Assembly: GCA_963708025.1 (NCBI GenBank) | Contig: CAVPSB010000011.1 | Coordinates: 1-64,000, forward strand | DNA length: 64,000 nt | Direction of reading: 5' to 3' | Origin: an uncultured Candidatus Rokubacteria bacterium | GTDB taxonomy: Bacteria > Methylomirabilota > Methylomirabilia > Rokubacteriales > DASRDR01 | In this document: positions 1 to 8,828 of the stretch, in pieces | Layout of the letters: every line of letters begins with the position of its first letter | Position numbering within the stretch: position 1 is the stretch's first letter | Translations under genes and position numbers: made by a program | The notes under the pieces: generated by a model | The model's input: the letters and a program-made list of their open reading frames with translations, nothing else | The model's database searches: none | What the model was told of the DNA's origin: nothing

Positions 1-1499
1 GACGCTCGTCGAGGCCCTCGAACGCGCGAGGACGCCCGGCGTCGCCGGGACCCCGGGGCCGCGGGGCCGACACGGTCGCCGGTCGCGGCCCTTCGGGCGC
101 GTACGAGGCCCGCTGCCGCGAGGCGAATGCGTTCGACTTCCTGGACCTGCTGGTCGAGCCCCTCGCGCTGTTCGCGCGCGAGCCGGCCGTGCGCGCGGCG
201 CTGCGCGGCGCGCTTCCAGGCCGTGCTGGTTGACGAGGCGCAGGATCTGTGCGCGCTCCAGCACGGGCTCATCGAGGCGCTCGCGGCCCCGGACGGCGCG
301 ATGACGCTCGCCGGCGACGACGACCAGGCCATCTACGGCTGGCGGGGCGCCGACCTGACGCGCCTGCACGCCTTCGAGCGCACGTACCCGGGCGGCACGG
401 TGCTCGCCGTCGGCCGGAACTACCGCTCCACGCCCCAGATCGTGACCACCGCGGCGCGGCTGATCGCGCACAACCGGGCCCGGCGGCCGAAGCCGCTCGC
501 GGCCGTGCGGCCGGCGGGGCCGGTGCCCACGGTCCTCACGTGGCCCGACGACCGGGCGGAAGCCGAGGGGCTGGCCGCCGCGTGCGCCGAGTGGCTCCAG
601 ACCAGTGGTCCCCCGATCGCCGTCCTCGCGCGGGTGACCGCGTGCCTGGGGCCGATCGCGCGGGCCTGCGCGGCCCGTGGGCTCACCGTCCGGGTCCTCA
701 CGGACCGGCCCCTGGCCGAGCGCGCCGCGGTCCGCGATGGCCTCGCGGTCTGTCGCGTGCTCGTCAACCCCGCCGACTGGCCGGCCTGGGATCGGATCCT
801 GCGCGGGCTCCGCTGCGGGATCGGCGCGAAGACCCTCGCCGATGCTCCGCGCTCGCGCCGCCGGCGTGGGGATCGCCGCAGCGCTGACCGACGCCGCGCG
901 GACCCGGCCGCGCCTGGCCGCGCTCCTCCAGCAGCTCGCGGTCTGGCGGGCCGCGCCGCCCCCGGTCAGCCAGCTTCTCGAGACGCTGGCGCCGGAGTTC
1001 CACGACCATGGCCCGGACGGACGGAGCGCGGCGACGCGACGCCCGCGATCGTCGCGCCGAGGACATGGCCGCGCTGGTCGCCCTCGCACGGCGATGGGAG
1101 GCGGACGGCGGCGGGAGCCTGGGCGAGTTCCTCGACACGGTCGTGCTGAGCGAGGACGACACCGTCGCCCCGGCCACGACGCAGGTGCTCGGCCTCACGC
1201 TGCACGCGGCCAAGGGGCTCGAGTTCGACACCGTGGTCATCGTCGGGGTCGAGGAGGGACTCTTGCCGCACTACCGCCACACCGTTCCCGAAGCGCTCGT
1301 CGAGGAGCGGCGACTCTGCTACGTCGGCATGACCCGCGCGCGTCAGCGGCTCGTGTGCTCTGTCGCCCGGATGCGCCGCCTCTGGGGCGATGTCGCGTTC
1401 CGGCCGCCCTCCCGCTTCCTCCGAGAGGCGGGTCTCGACATCCGGCCGGCTGCGAACAGGACCATCACGACACCCACCGTGGAGGTCACCCCGTCATGA
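1..1499 (+). CDS. UvrD/PcrA/Rep-family SF1 helicase (5' end outside window; frameshifted)
   Basis: Motifs across ORFs 127..1149 and 1008..1499: VLVDEAQD, AGDDDQAIYGWRGA, NYRSTPQI, LTLHAAKGLEFD, EERRLCYVGMTRAR. Confidence 0.9.
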
Positions 1500-2860
1500 G
1501 CACGACCGCCGTCCGGATGGACACGGACAGGCTCCCGCGGGTCAGCCCGTCCCGCCTCGAGGCCTGGGACCGGTGCCCGGCCGCCTACCGATTCGAGCAT
1601 GTCCTGCGACTCCCGCAACCGATCGCGGACCAGGGGCCCCGCCTGCTCGGCTCGGTGGCCCACGCGCTGGTCGAGGCCTACGTCCGCGAGGCCCAGGCGA
1701 CCGGCACTCGGCCGCCGCTCGATCGGCTGCCCGCCCTCGCACGGGATCTGGTCACCCAGCACGCCCTGCCGGAGGAAGCGGGGACGGCGCTCGCCCGCGA
1801 GGCCACGGCGCTCGCTGAGCGCGTGGCTCGCGCGCGGGGTCGTCCCGCTGGAGCACGCCGTGGCCGTCGAGCACGCCCTCGCGATCGATGCCGGAGGCCG
1901 GCACGTCGAGTGGGACGCCCCGGACGCCTTCCTCCGCGGCCGGCTCGATCTGGTCGCCGTGGATGGCCGGCAGGCGACGGTCTGCGACTGGAAGAGCGGC
2001 TGGGTCACCGAGGACGACGAGACCCTGCCGTGGGCGTGGGCACCGGGCTGCTACGCGGCGCTGCTGTGGGCGTGGGCGCCGCGGCTCGAGGCGGTCACCG
2101 TCGAGTACCACTACCTGCGCACCGGTCGGGTCGCCCGCACGGCCTTCACCCCGGCGGACGCCGCCGAGACGCTGGCCTGGGCGCGGACGACCGCGGCCCG
2201 CATCGCCCAGGCCCTCGCCACCCCGGACGATCCCGGCGCCTTCCCGCCCCGGCCCTCGACCGCGTGCGGCGACCTGCCCCTGGGTGAACCGGTGTCCGGC
2301 CGGCCAGGCCGCCCTCGAGGCCATGGACGAGGCACCGATCCCCGACGAGGCCGAGGCCCGCCGCCTCGCGGCGCTCCTCCTGACCGGTGAGGCCCGCGTG
2401 GGGCGCCTCCGCGAGCGCCTCCGGCACTACCTCCAGGACCGCGAGCCCCTGGCGCTCGACGGGCATGGAGCTCGGCTTCTTCCCCACGAAGGGCCGGTAC
2501 GACCCGGCGGCCGTCTTCCGCGCGGCCACCGAGGCCGGGGTCGATCCCTGGCCGCTCCTGGCCACCGACGGCCGCACGCTCGCGGCCTTCCTCAAGCGCC
2601 GGCCCGACGCGGAGCGGAGCCTGGCCTCCGCGTGGACCGCTTCGCCGCCGTGGTTCGGCCACCGGAAGACGAAGAATGCCAGGAGGGGTGCCGGCGAGCC
2701 CGACGATCGGCCGTCGCGGGGAGACGAGATAGCAGCGAAGGCGCATGCGACAGGACAACCCGAGTCTCCGGGCCACCACTCTCTGGACACCGCCCGACGG
2801 CCAGCGGTCCGGCGTGCTGATCATGGGCGCGCGTCGGGGCGACGTCTTCGTCGCGACTGA
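1496..2860 (+). CDS. PD-(D/E)XK (RecB/AddB/Cas4-like) nuclease with probable 4-Cys Fe-S motif (frameshifted; 3' end approximate)
   Basis: ATG 1496 overlaps the helicase stop. SPSRLEAWDRCPAAYRF, GSVAH, LRGRLDLV, VCDWKSG and C-terminal C..CPWVNRCP, spread over ORFs 677, 1599, 1888 and 2387. Confidence 0.8.
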
Positions 2861-2999
2861 GGTTCTCATCTCCGCGGATACCCTCGGTGACGAGGCAGCC
2901 ATCCGAGCGTGGCTCGCCCAGCACGACATCCACGTCGCGCCCCCGTGCCGCAGCACTGCCTCCACGCCGAAGGGCTCCACGGAGGGGATCGGCTCATGA
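2745..2999 (+). CDS. Hypothetical protein of the mobile element
   Basis: 84-aa ORF with protein-like composition, co-oriented with neighbours; no recognisable motif. Confidence 0.4.
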   Translation: MRQDNPSLRATTLWTPPDGQRSGVLIMGARRGDVFVATEVLISADTLGDEAAIRAWLAQHDIHVAPPCRSTASTPKGSTEGIGS

Positions 3000-3047
3000 C
3001 GGGGCCGGGCGGTGACCCGAGGACACCGGGACAAGCGGGGACGACTG

Positions 3048-3483
3048 ATGACCACCGAACAGGCTGAGGCCTTCGCTCAGCTGCGCACGCTGGCCGCCGC
3101 GTCCCGCCTTCGGGTTCGGCCGGACGCCGAGGGCTGGCCGGTCATCCCGGGGCGCCTCGGGCAGATCGAGTACCACGACGGCCGGAACCTGGCCGTCTTC
3201 ACCGACCGGCCGCGGCTGCACGCGAAGCTGTGGGCGATCCCCGGCGGTCCGCCGGCACCAGACCGGCGACCAGGAGATGCGCGCGCTGTTCCCGCCCGAG
3301 GCGCTCGAGCAGGTGGCCGGGGTCATCCGGGCCCGGCGGCGGCGGACGCTCTCGCCGGAGAGGGCGCGAAGATTGGGCGTCCAGACGGCGTACAGGGCGA
3401 CTTCCCGGTCCCTGGACCGCGTCGGCGCGTCATCCCGGGCTTCCGAGGTGGGGTCCGGCGCGGCGCCCGAGACTGGGCCCTGA
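3048..3483 (+). CDS. Hypothetical protein (frameshift near 3245)
   Basis: MTTEQAEAFAQLR...KLWAIPG continues in another frame as ...EMRALFPPEALEQVAGVIRARRRR; stop 3483 overlaps the next ATG. Confidence 0.5.
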
Positions 3484-3728
3484 TGGACACCCCGATCCGC
3501 CCCCGACGCCCCCGCCTTGACGCTCCCGCGCCCCCGGGTCAGGATGGCGCCGCGGCGGCGATGCGCGTGGTGATCGTGGAGCAGCCGGATCCCAACGGCG
3601 ACCGTTGGGCGGCGGCGTTCAGCGTGCTGCTCGACGCGCCGGGGCCGGCGCGCGAGGCCGGGCGTTCGGGGCTCGTGGGGCCGTCGGGGGGCGCGGAGTC
3701 GCCCCCCAAGCGCGACGGCGCCCAATGA
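3483..3728 (+). CDS. Small hypothetical protein
   Basis: TGATG coupling at 3481-3485 and ATGA coupling at 3725-3728. Confidence 0.45.
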   Translation: MDTPIRPRRPRLDAPAPPGQDGAAAAMRVVIVEQPDPNGDRWAAAFSVLLDAPGPAREAGRSGLVGPSGGAESPPKRDGAQ

Positions 3729-4336
3729 ACGCGGTCGCGCCGTCCCTGGACAACCTCGCCGCCCACCCGGAGCGGGCGCGCGACCTCGCGCCGGCCGTGG
3801 CCGCGGACCTCCTCGCGCGGGTGGCCGGGCTTCAGCCGGTACTGCTCGCGCGGGCGCTCGCGTCGGCCGGGGGCGCCTCGACGGCGTCCGAGGCCCCCGA
3901 TCCGCGGCTCTTGACGATCCGCGAGGTGGCGGTCCGGCTCGGCGTCGCGCCCGCCTACGCGTACGAGCTGGCGCGGCGGGGCGACCTCCCGGTGGTCCGG
4001 GTGGGCCGGCGATACGTCCGGGTGTCGGCCGCGACACTCGCGGCGTGGATCGAGCGGCAGGGACTTGACAGCGGAAGTCTGCCGATGGTATGGTTCCCGC
4101 ATGGACCCCGACGAGGTTCGGCGACTCCGCGAGCGGCTCGGCCTGACGCAAGCCCAGATCGCCGAGCGGCTCGGCGTCACGACGGTCGCGGTGTGGCGGT
4201 GGGAGAAGGGCGTGAAGCCCGGAAGCCGGCGACGCATACCCGAGCCGGCGGCGCGGCTCCTGCGGCTGCTGGCCGCGCACCCGACCTTGATGGCCGAGGT
4301 GATGGCGCCGGCTCCGGCACCGACAGGACGACGTAG
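3725..4336 (+). CDS. Excisionase-like HTH (HTH_17/MerR-like) DNA-binding protein
   Basis: RLLTIREVAVRLGVAPAYAYELARRGDLPVVRVGRRYVRVS upstream of an integrase. The tail overlaps the XRE gene, so the functional part probably ends near 4070. Confidence 0.75.
   Translation: MNAVAPSLDNLAAHPERARDLAPAVAADLLARVAGLQPVLLARALASAGGASTASEAPDPRLLTIREVAVRLGVAPAYAYELARRGDLPVVRVGRRYVRVSAATLAAWIERQGLDSGSLPMVWFPHGPRRGSATPRAARPDASPDRRAARRHDGRGVAVGEGREARKPATHTRAGGAAPAAAGRAPDLDGRGDGAGSGTDRTT
4065..4094 (+). promoter_or_regulatory. sigma70-type promoter (TTGACA-N18-TATGGT, extended -10) giving a probably leaderless XRE-int transcript
   Basis: TTGACA 4065-4070, TG 4086-4087, TATGGT 4089-4094, ATG 4101; no SD. Confidence 0.6.
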
Positions 4337-4358
4337 GCGGACGCGGGGAGGGCGTTGA
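4101..4358 (+). CDS. XRE/Cro-CI-family HTH regulator
   Basis: VRRLRERLGLTQAQIAERLGVTTVAVWRWEKG. Confidence 0.85.
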   Translation: MDPDEVRRLRERLGLTQAQIAERLGVTTVAVWRWEKGVKPGSRRRIPEPAARLLRLLAAHPTLMAEVMAPAPAPTGRRRRTRGGR

Positions 4359-4360
4359 CG

Positions 4361-5545
4361 ATGGCGTGCATTCGCAAGCGACGGGGGAAGTGGGTCGTTG
4401 ACCACCGGGACGCGGCCGGCATCCGCCGGTGGGTGACGTGCGAGACGCGGAAGGACGCCGAGGCCGTGCTGTCCGATCGGCTGCGGTCCGCGCGGCAGCC
4501 GACCCGCCCACTCGTGGACCCGAGCATTACCGTCGCAGCATACAGCGCACGGTGGCTCGGCGTCGTCGGCGCCACTTCGAAGCGCCGGACGCTCGAAACC
4601 TATCAAGGGGCGCTCCGTCTGCACATCCTCCCCACCCTCGGCGGCTGCAGAGTGGCGCAGCTCCACCGCGGCCAGCTCAAGGTGTTCTTCGCCGAGAAGC
4701 GCGGCACCCTCTCCCGCAACTACGTCAAGCTTATCCTTGGGGTCCTTCGCGCGATGCTCGGGGGCGCCGTCGATGACGGGGTGATCGCGGCGAACCCCGC
4801 AGACAAGCTCGGCCGTCAGCTTCGGCTGGGCCACACACGGGCCGCGCGACAGGAACACATCAAGGCCATGACGCGGGAACAGGTCGCGCACTTCCTGGCG
4901 ACCGCCGAACGCGTGGCCCGGCGTTACTTCCCGCTCTTCCTCGCCATGGCCCGCATGGGTCTTCGAGTCGGCGAGGCACTCGCAGTGCAGTGGGCGGACC
5001 TCGATTTCGCCGGGCGGGAAGCCAGGATCGAGCGGGCTTTCTCCGCCGGCCGGCTCGAAGACACGCCGAAGGGGAACCACGGTCGTACGGTCGAGATGAG
5101 CCAGCAGTTGACGCGCCTGCTCCAGCGGCTCGAAGTAGAGCGGAAGGCCGAGACGCTACGTCGGGGCTGGCGAGACGTGCCGCCGTGGGTGTTCTGCTCG
5201 GAGGCCGGCGAGCCGCTCACCGCGCGGTCCGTGGACCGCCTGTTCAAGCGGGTGCTCAAGGCCGCGGGGCTGCCGGGTCACTTCACCCCGCACGGCCTTC
5301 GGCACTCCTATGCGTCGCTGCTCTTGCAGGCCGGGGTGAGCCCCGTCTACGTCCAGCGCCAGCTCGGCCACACGTCGATTCAGATGACCGTGGACCTCTA
5401 CGGGCGGTGGCTCCCGATGGGAAACAAGGCCGCCGTCGATTCGCTCGACGGGCCGAGTGGTAGCAAAACGGTAGCAGCGGCGGCCGAGCCCGGGGAAACC
5501 CGCGATCTTCCAAGGGTTGCGACGGTGGGTCCACGAAGCCCTTGA
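4361..5545 (+). CDS. int: Tyrosine recombinase / phage-type integrase
   Basis: N-terminal IRKRRGKWVVDHRD arm-binding-like segment; catalytic GLRVGE, TPKG, HGLRH, QLGH, DLY. Confidence 0.95.
   Translation: MACIRKRRGKWVVDHRDAAGIRRWVTCETRKDAEAVLSDRLRSARQPTRPLVDPSITVAAYSARWLGVVGATSKRRTLETYQGALRLHILPTLGGCRVAQLHRGQLKVFFAEKRGTLSRNYVKLILGVLRAMLGGAVDDGVIAANPADKLGRQLRLGHTRAARQEHIKAMTREQVAHFLATAERVARRYFPLFLAMARMGLRVGEALAVQWADLDFAGREARIERAFSAGRLEDTPKGNHGRTVEMSQQLTRLLQRLEVERKAETLRRGWRDVPPWVFCSEAGEPLTARSVDRLFKRVLKAAGLPGHFTPHGLRHSYASLLLQAGVSPVYVQRQLGHTSIQMTVDLYGRWLPMGNKAAVDSLDGPSGSKTVAAAAEPGETRDLPRVATVGPRSP
5459..5476 (+). repeat. Tandem GGTAGCA repeat, putative integrase arm-type site
   Basis: GGTAGCA at 5459-5465 and 5470-5476 (11-bp period), ~55 bp from the inferred junction. 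Confidence 0.5.
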
Positions 5546-6248
5546 TGGCGGCCAGCGGCGTCCGCAGCTCGTGGGAGACGCTGCTCAGGAACTCGGACTT
5601 CAGCTCGTCCAGCTCGCGCAGGCGCGCGTGCGAGTCGGCCAGCTGCCGGTTCGTCGCCTCCAGTTCGGCCGTCCGCGCCCGGACCTTGGCCTCCAGCTCG
5701 GCCGCCGAGCGCTCGAGACGCGTGTACAGGCGGGCGTTCTGGATCGCGATGGCGGCGTGAGCGGCGAAGACGGTGAGTAGATGGACGTCCTTCGGCGAGA
5801 AGCCCCCGGGCTTGTTGCCCATCGACACCATGCCGATGATCCGATTCTCCAGCGTGAGGGGGACGACGGTCACGTTGAAGAGGGCGAACGGGCGAAGGTA
5901 CTCGCGCTGGGCGGGATGGAAGTCATCCGGATGCTTCTTCACCATGGGACCCTGGGTCCGGAAGTTCCAGGCATCCCGGAGGGTATCCACCCGGTAGCGA
6001 AAGGTGCGGATCAGCTCGTCCGGGACGCCGTACCCGGGCGCCTGCCCCACCATCTCCCGCGTGGCCGGGTCGAAGAGGGAGATGACGCACTTCTCGGCCC
6101 CGATCAGCTCGGCGATCCGACGCGTGAGGCGGCCGTAGGTCTCCTGGATGTCGGTCATCGCCGCGAAGGCCTGGGAGATCTCGTGGAGACCCTCCAGCTC
6201 CCTGTACCGGCGGCGGCGCCCGAACAGGCGGGGGAGGGCGGCGTTCAC
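5529..6248 (-). pseudogene. GAF + HisKA histidine kinase, 5' half only (interrupted after the H-box; ORF runs on to 5283)
   Basis: GAF domain, coiled coil, LKSEFLSSVSHELRTPLAAIKGFVD, then non-homologous antisense-integrase sequence; no HATPase_c. Confidence 0.8.
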
Positions 6249-6362
6249 CGCGGCCCACCTTCGGAGGCGTAGATAGCAAGCAGGGCGTCATCGTGGGACG
6301 ACGCCCTCTGATCGGCTGGACGTCCGGCCGCCCGACGGCGGCGGCCCGGCGCGACTTGAAGG

Positions 6363-6629
6363 CTACTTCTTGGTGGCCGGCTTGACTCCCGGATTGTCCT
6401 TGAAGAACTGCTTGTTGAGCTCGGTGAAGTTCTTCCACTGATCCGGGACTTCGTCCTCGGCGAAGATAGCCTTGACGGGGCAGACCGGCTCGCAGGCGCC
6501 GCAGTCGATGCACTCCTCGGGGTGGATGTACAGCATCGTCTCCCCCTCGTAGATGCAGTCAACCGGGCAGACCTCCACGCAAGCCTTGTCCTTCACGCCG
6601 ATGCACGGCTCGGCAATCACGTAAGGCAT
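6363..6629 (-). CDS. fdxA: 7Fe/8Fe ferredoxin (FdxA-type)
   Basis: CIGVKDKACVEVCPVDC and CIDCGACEPVCP; SD GGAGG. Confidence 0.93.
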   Translation of the reverse strand: MPYVIAEPCIGVKDKACVEVCPVDCIYEGETMLYIHPEECIDCGACEPVCPVKAIFAEDEVPDQWKNFTELNKQFFKDNPGVKPATKK

Positions 6630-7278
6630 TCAGTCCTCCCCCGAGTGAGTTTCCAGGGCGGCAGACTCCACTTCCCGGCTTCGGGCGACGCTCGACTTGC
6701 CTGGGGCGGATGGGCCCGAACGGGTAATTGGTACTATGGGTTGGCTCGGGTGTCAAGCGATTCGAGCCCGTCCACCCCACCCGGGTCCCGTCTCGGCGTC
6801 GCCCCTCGATCCTCGGGAACGGTCTGCGCCCGATCGTGCGGAGTCGGGTTGGTGATGAGAGGGTGCCGGTCCTCGCCCGGCGTCCGCTCCCGACCCCGCC
6901 GACCGCCCGACCCCGGCCTCGCCGTCGCTCGCGCCCGCCTGCGTGATGGTCGCGATCGCCCGCGCGCTGCCTCGACCGGGCTGGCTTCCTCTCGCTGGAA
7001 GCAGTCGCCGGAGGGTGCAACGAGAGTGCCACGGGGCCTCGCATCGCAAGGCCGCGCCGAACGCGAGGGGCGCTTGTGAACCTGGGCACAGCTGCACACT
7101 GGAGTGTGCAGTGCTGCACTGTTTCGTGTACAGCAACAGGTGGCGAGTAAGGATCGGCAGCGGCGCGAACTTGCGGCGACGGCCGGGAGGGCCGGTTGTG
7201 AATCCCGTTGGGAGATGGCGAGGTTCGGCGCTACCGTCGCGATCCGCTCGACCGCGGCCGCCATCTCCTGAGACGCCC

Positions 7279-7306
7279 TTGACAGTGCACGGGCGCCCTG
7301 TAGCCT
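7279..7306 (+). promoter_or_regulatory. Putative sigma70 promoter, leaderless start
   Basis: TTGACA 7279-7284, N16, TAGCCT 7301-7306, GTG 7313. Confidence 0.4.
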
Positions 7307-7312
7307 GCTGGG

Positions 7313-7711
7313 GTGCCCTTCGCAGCCGCTCAGTCCCGGCTCTGGATTCTCCTCGCCGATGACGACATGCGAGTGCGCGAGCTCTGGCTTCATGTCTTGA
7401 CGCGCGCCGGCTATCGGGTCGTCGCCGCGAGTGACGGCCGCCAGACCCTCGAGCTGGCGCGCGCTATCGTTCCGGACTTGCTCGTTCTCGATCTGAAGAT
7501 GCCGGGTGTCTCCGGCCACGGCGTCCTGGCCGCCCTGCAGGCCACGCCCATCGTGCCACGGCTGCCCGTGCTGATCGTCTCGGGTTTCCTCGAGGATCCC
7601 GAGGCCGGCGCCGAGCTTGGCCTCACCATCGTGGGCCGCCTGGCGAAGCCCCTGTCGCTCAACGCGCTGCTCGAGGCCGTCCGGCTGGCGCTGGCGCGGC
7701 GGCCGGCGTAG
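7313..7711 (+). CDS. Single-domain response regulator (CheY-like receiver)
   Basis: ILLADDD, LLVLDLKMPG, IVSG, LAKP. Confidence 0.9.
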   Translation: MPFAAAQSRLWILLADDDMRVRELWLHVLTRAGYRVVAASDGRQTLELARAIVPDLLVLDLKMPGVSGHGVLAALQATPIVPRLPVLIVSGFLEDPEAGAELGLTIVGRLAKPLSLNALLEAVRLALARRPA

Positions 7712-7811
7712 TGCCCCCGTTCGGTCGATCGGAGCTGGTGCCATTCTGATCGACTGAACCGAATCTCGCCGAATCTGCCCTTCAGGGGCTTGTGTAACGC
7801 GCACTTAGCCC

Positions 7812-7827
7812 TGGCGCGTCTCTTGCT
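7812..7827 (+). promoter_or_regulatory. sigma54 (-24/-12) promoter
   Basis: TGGCGCG-TCTC-TTGCT vs consensus TGGCACG-N4-TTGCW; GG-N10-GC spacing exact. Confidence 0.55.
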
Positions 7828-7912
7828 CATTGAGGCAAGCCGGCGGCTGACAGTGAGACACCACCTATGCGTCCCGGGGCGCTTCCCGAAGTGCCCATCG
7901 TGCTTTCACGGA

Positions 7913-7993
7913 ATGATCGGCGTGTGGTTGCTGGTGACCATCCTCCTGGTCGGGGTGGGGGTGCTGGTGCCGATCATCCTGGCCGCCCTATGA
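7913..7993 (+). CDS. 26-aa single-TM micropeptide
   Basis: MIGVWLLVTILLVGVGVLVPIILAAL, fully hydrophobic, downstream of the sigma54 motif. Confidence 0.4.
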   Translation: MIGVWLLVTILLVGVGVLVPIILAAL

Positions 7994-8083
7994 GCCCGGA
8001 CCTTGCCCGCTGGACCAACTCTCGATCGCGCTGCGAGCCAGCCCGACCGATCTCGCCCGGCTGATTCAGCGCGTGGTGAATCA

Positions 8084-8561
8084 TCAGCGGCCCGGGCTGT
8101 GGGTAGACCACGCGACGGTGACCGCTTGGCAGACGCGCGCTCCGGAGGCCTGGCGCGAGGCGTCCGCCTGGCTGGCGCACCGCGGGATCCCGGTGTTCGT
8201 CATTTCGAGCCGGCCGCGGCTCGACGCGGAATGAGCGGCGCCCTCACCCGCGATCCGCGTCCCGAAGTTCCGCCGGTCCGAACGCCCGTGCGAGCCGGGC
8301 GGCCAGGTCCCTCCGACGAGTGAAACAGATACTAGGCGGTCGTGGCGATTGATGAGTGCCGCATCAGCGCTTGAAAGGAAACGTCGGGGACCTGGCCGGG
8401 CTTCAAGGTAGGACCGCACAGCGATTCCCCTGGACGGTCTCGATCCTCTGTCCGTGATGGCGACCTCGAAGACGCCCTCGCTTCGCGGTGCCACCGCCAC
8501 ATCCGGCGAGGGGCCCTGTGGTCGCTACGACCACGAGTCCCGCGCTTAGCCAGTGCCGCAT
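8084..8561 (-). pseudogene. Possible degraded lipoprotein gene
   Basis: MRHWLSAGLVVVATTGPLAGC lipobox after GGAGG, then a frameshift; the remainder is unrecognised. Confidence 0.25.
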
Positions 8562-8749
8562 CACCCCACCTCCCCTCTCCCGACGTCCTCTCGTTGGCGA
8601 GCGTTGGCCAATTCCCGGCGGAGCGGTCCCGGACCTGGCGCGGTGGTTACCGCCCTCTGATGGCGTTCCTGGACGGATGACCTGCGGTCCATTCCTGGGC
8701 GAGGGAGCTGAACCAGCGGCGCAGCCAAATGCACAGCCCAATGCGCTAT

Positions 8750-8778
8750 TTGACTACCTGGGTCCTCGCTGATATCCT
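8750..8778 (+). promoter_or_regulatory. sigma70 promoter of the kaiC-like operon
   Basis: TTGACT 8750-8755, N17, TATCCT 8773-8778 with TG extension. Confidence 0.5.
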
Positions 8779-8828
8779 CGGCTCACCGGTTCCCACTGCC
8801 TGCTGGCAGGACCCGAGAGAATGGTTTC

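Larger units (their letters stand above)
1..5528 (+). mobile_element. Right end of a tyrosine-recombinase integrative element (ICE/prophage-like); left end lies outside the window
   Basis: Co-oriented helicase, nuclease, small ORFs, excisionase-like HTH, XRE HTH and integrase. The block ends where an oppositely oriented kinase ORF loses homology (~5529). Confidence 0.8.

Noticed and set aside
6630-6730. Ferredoxin 5' leader as a riboswitch
   Set aside because: Only short GC stems; no recognisable aptamer consensus.
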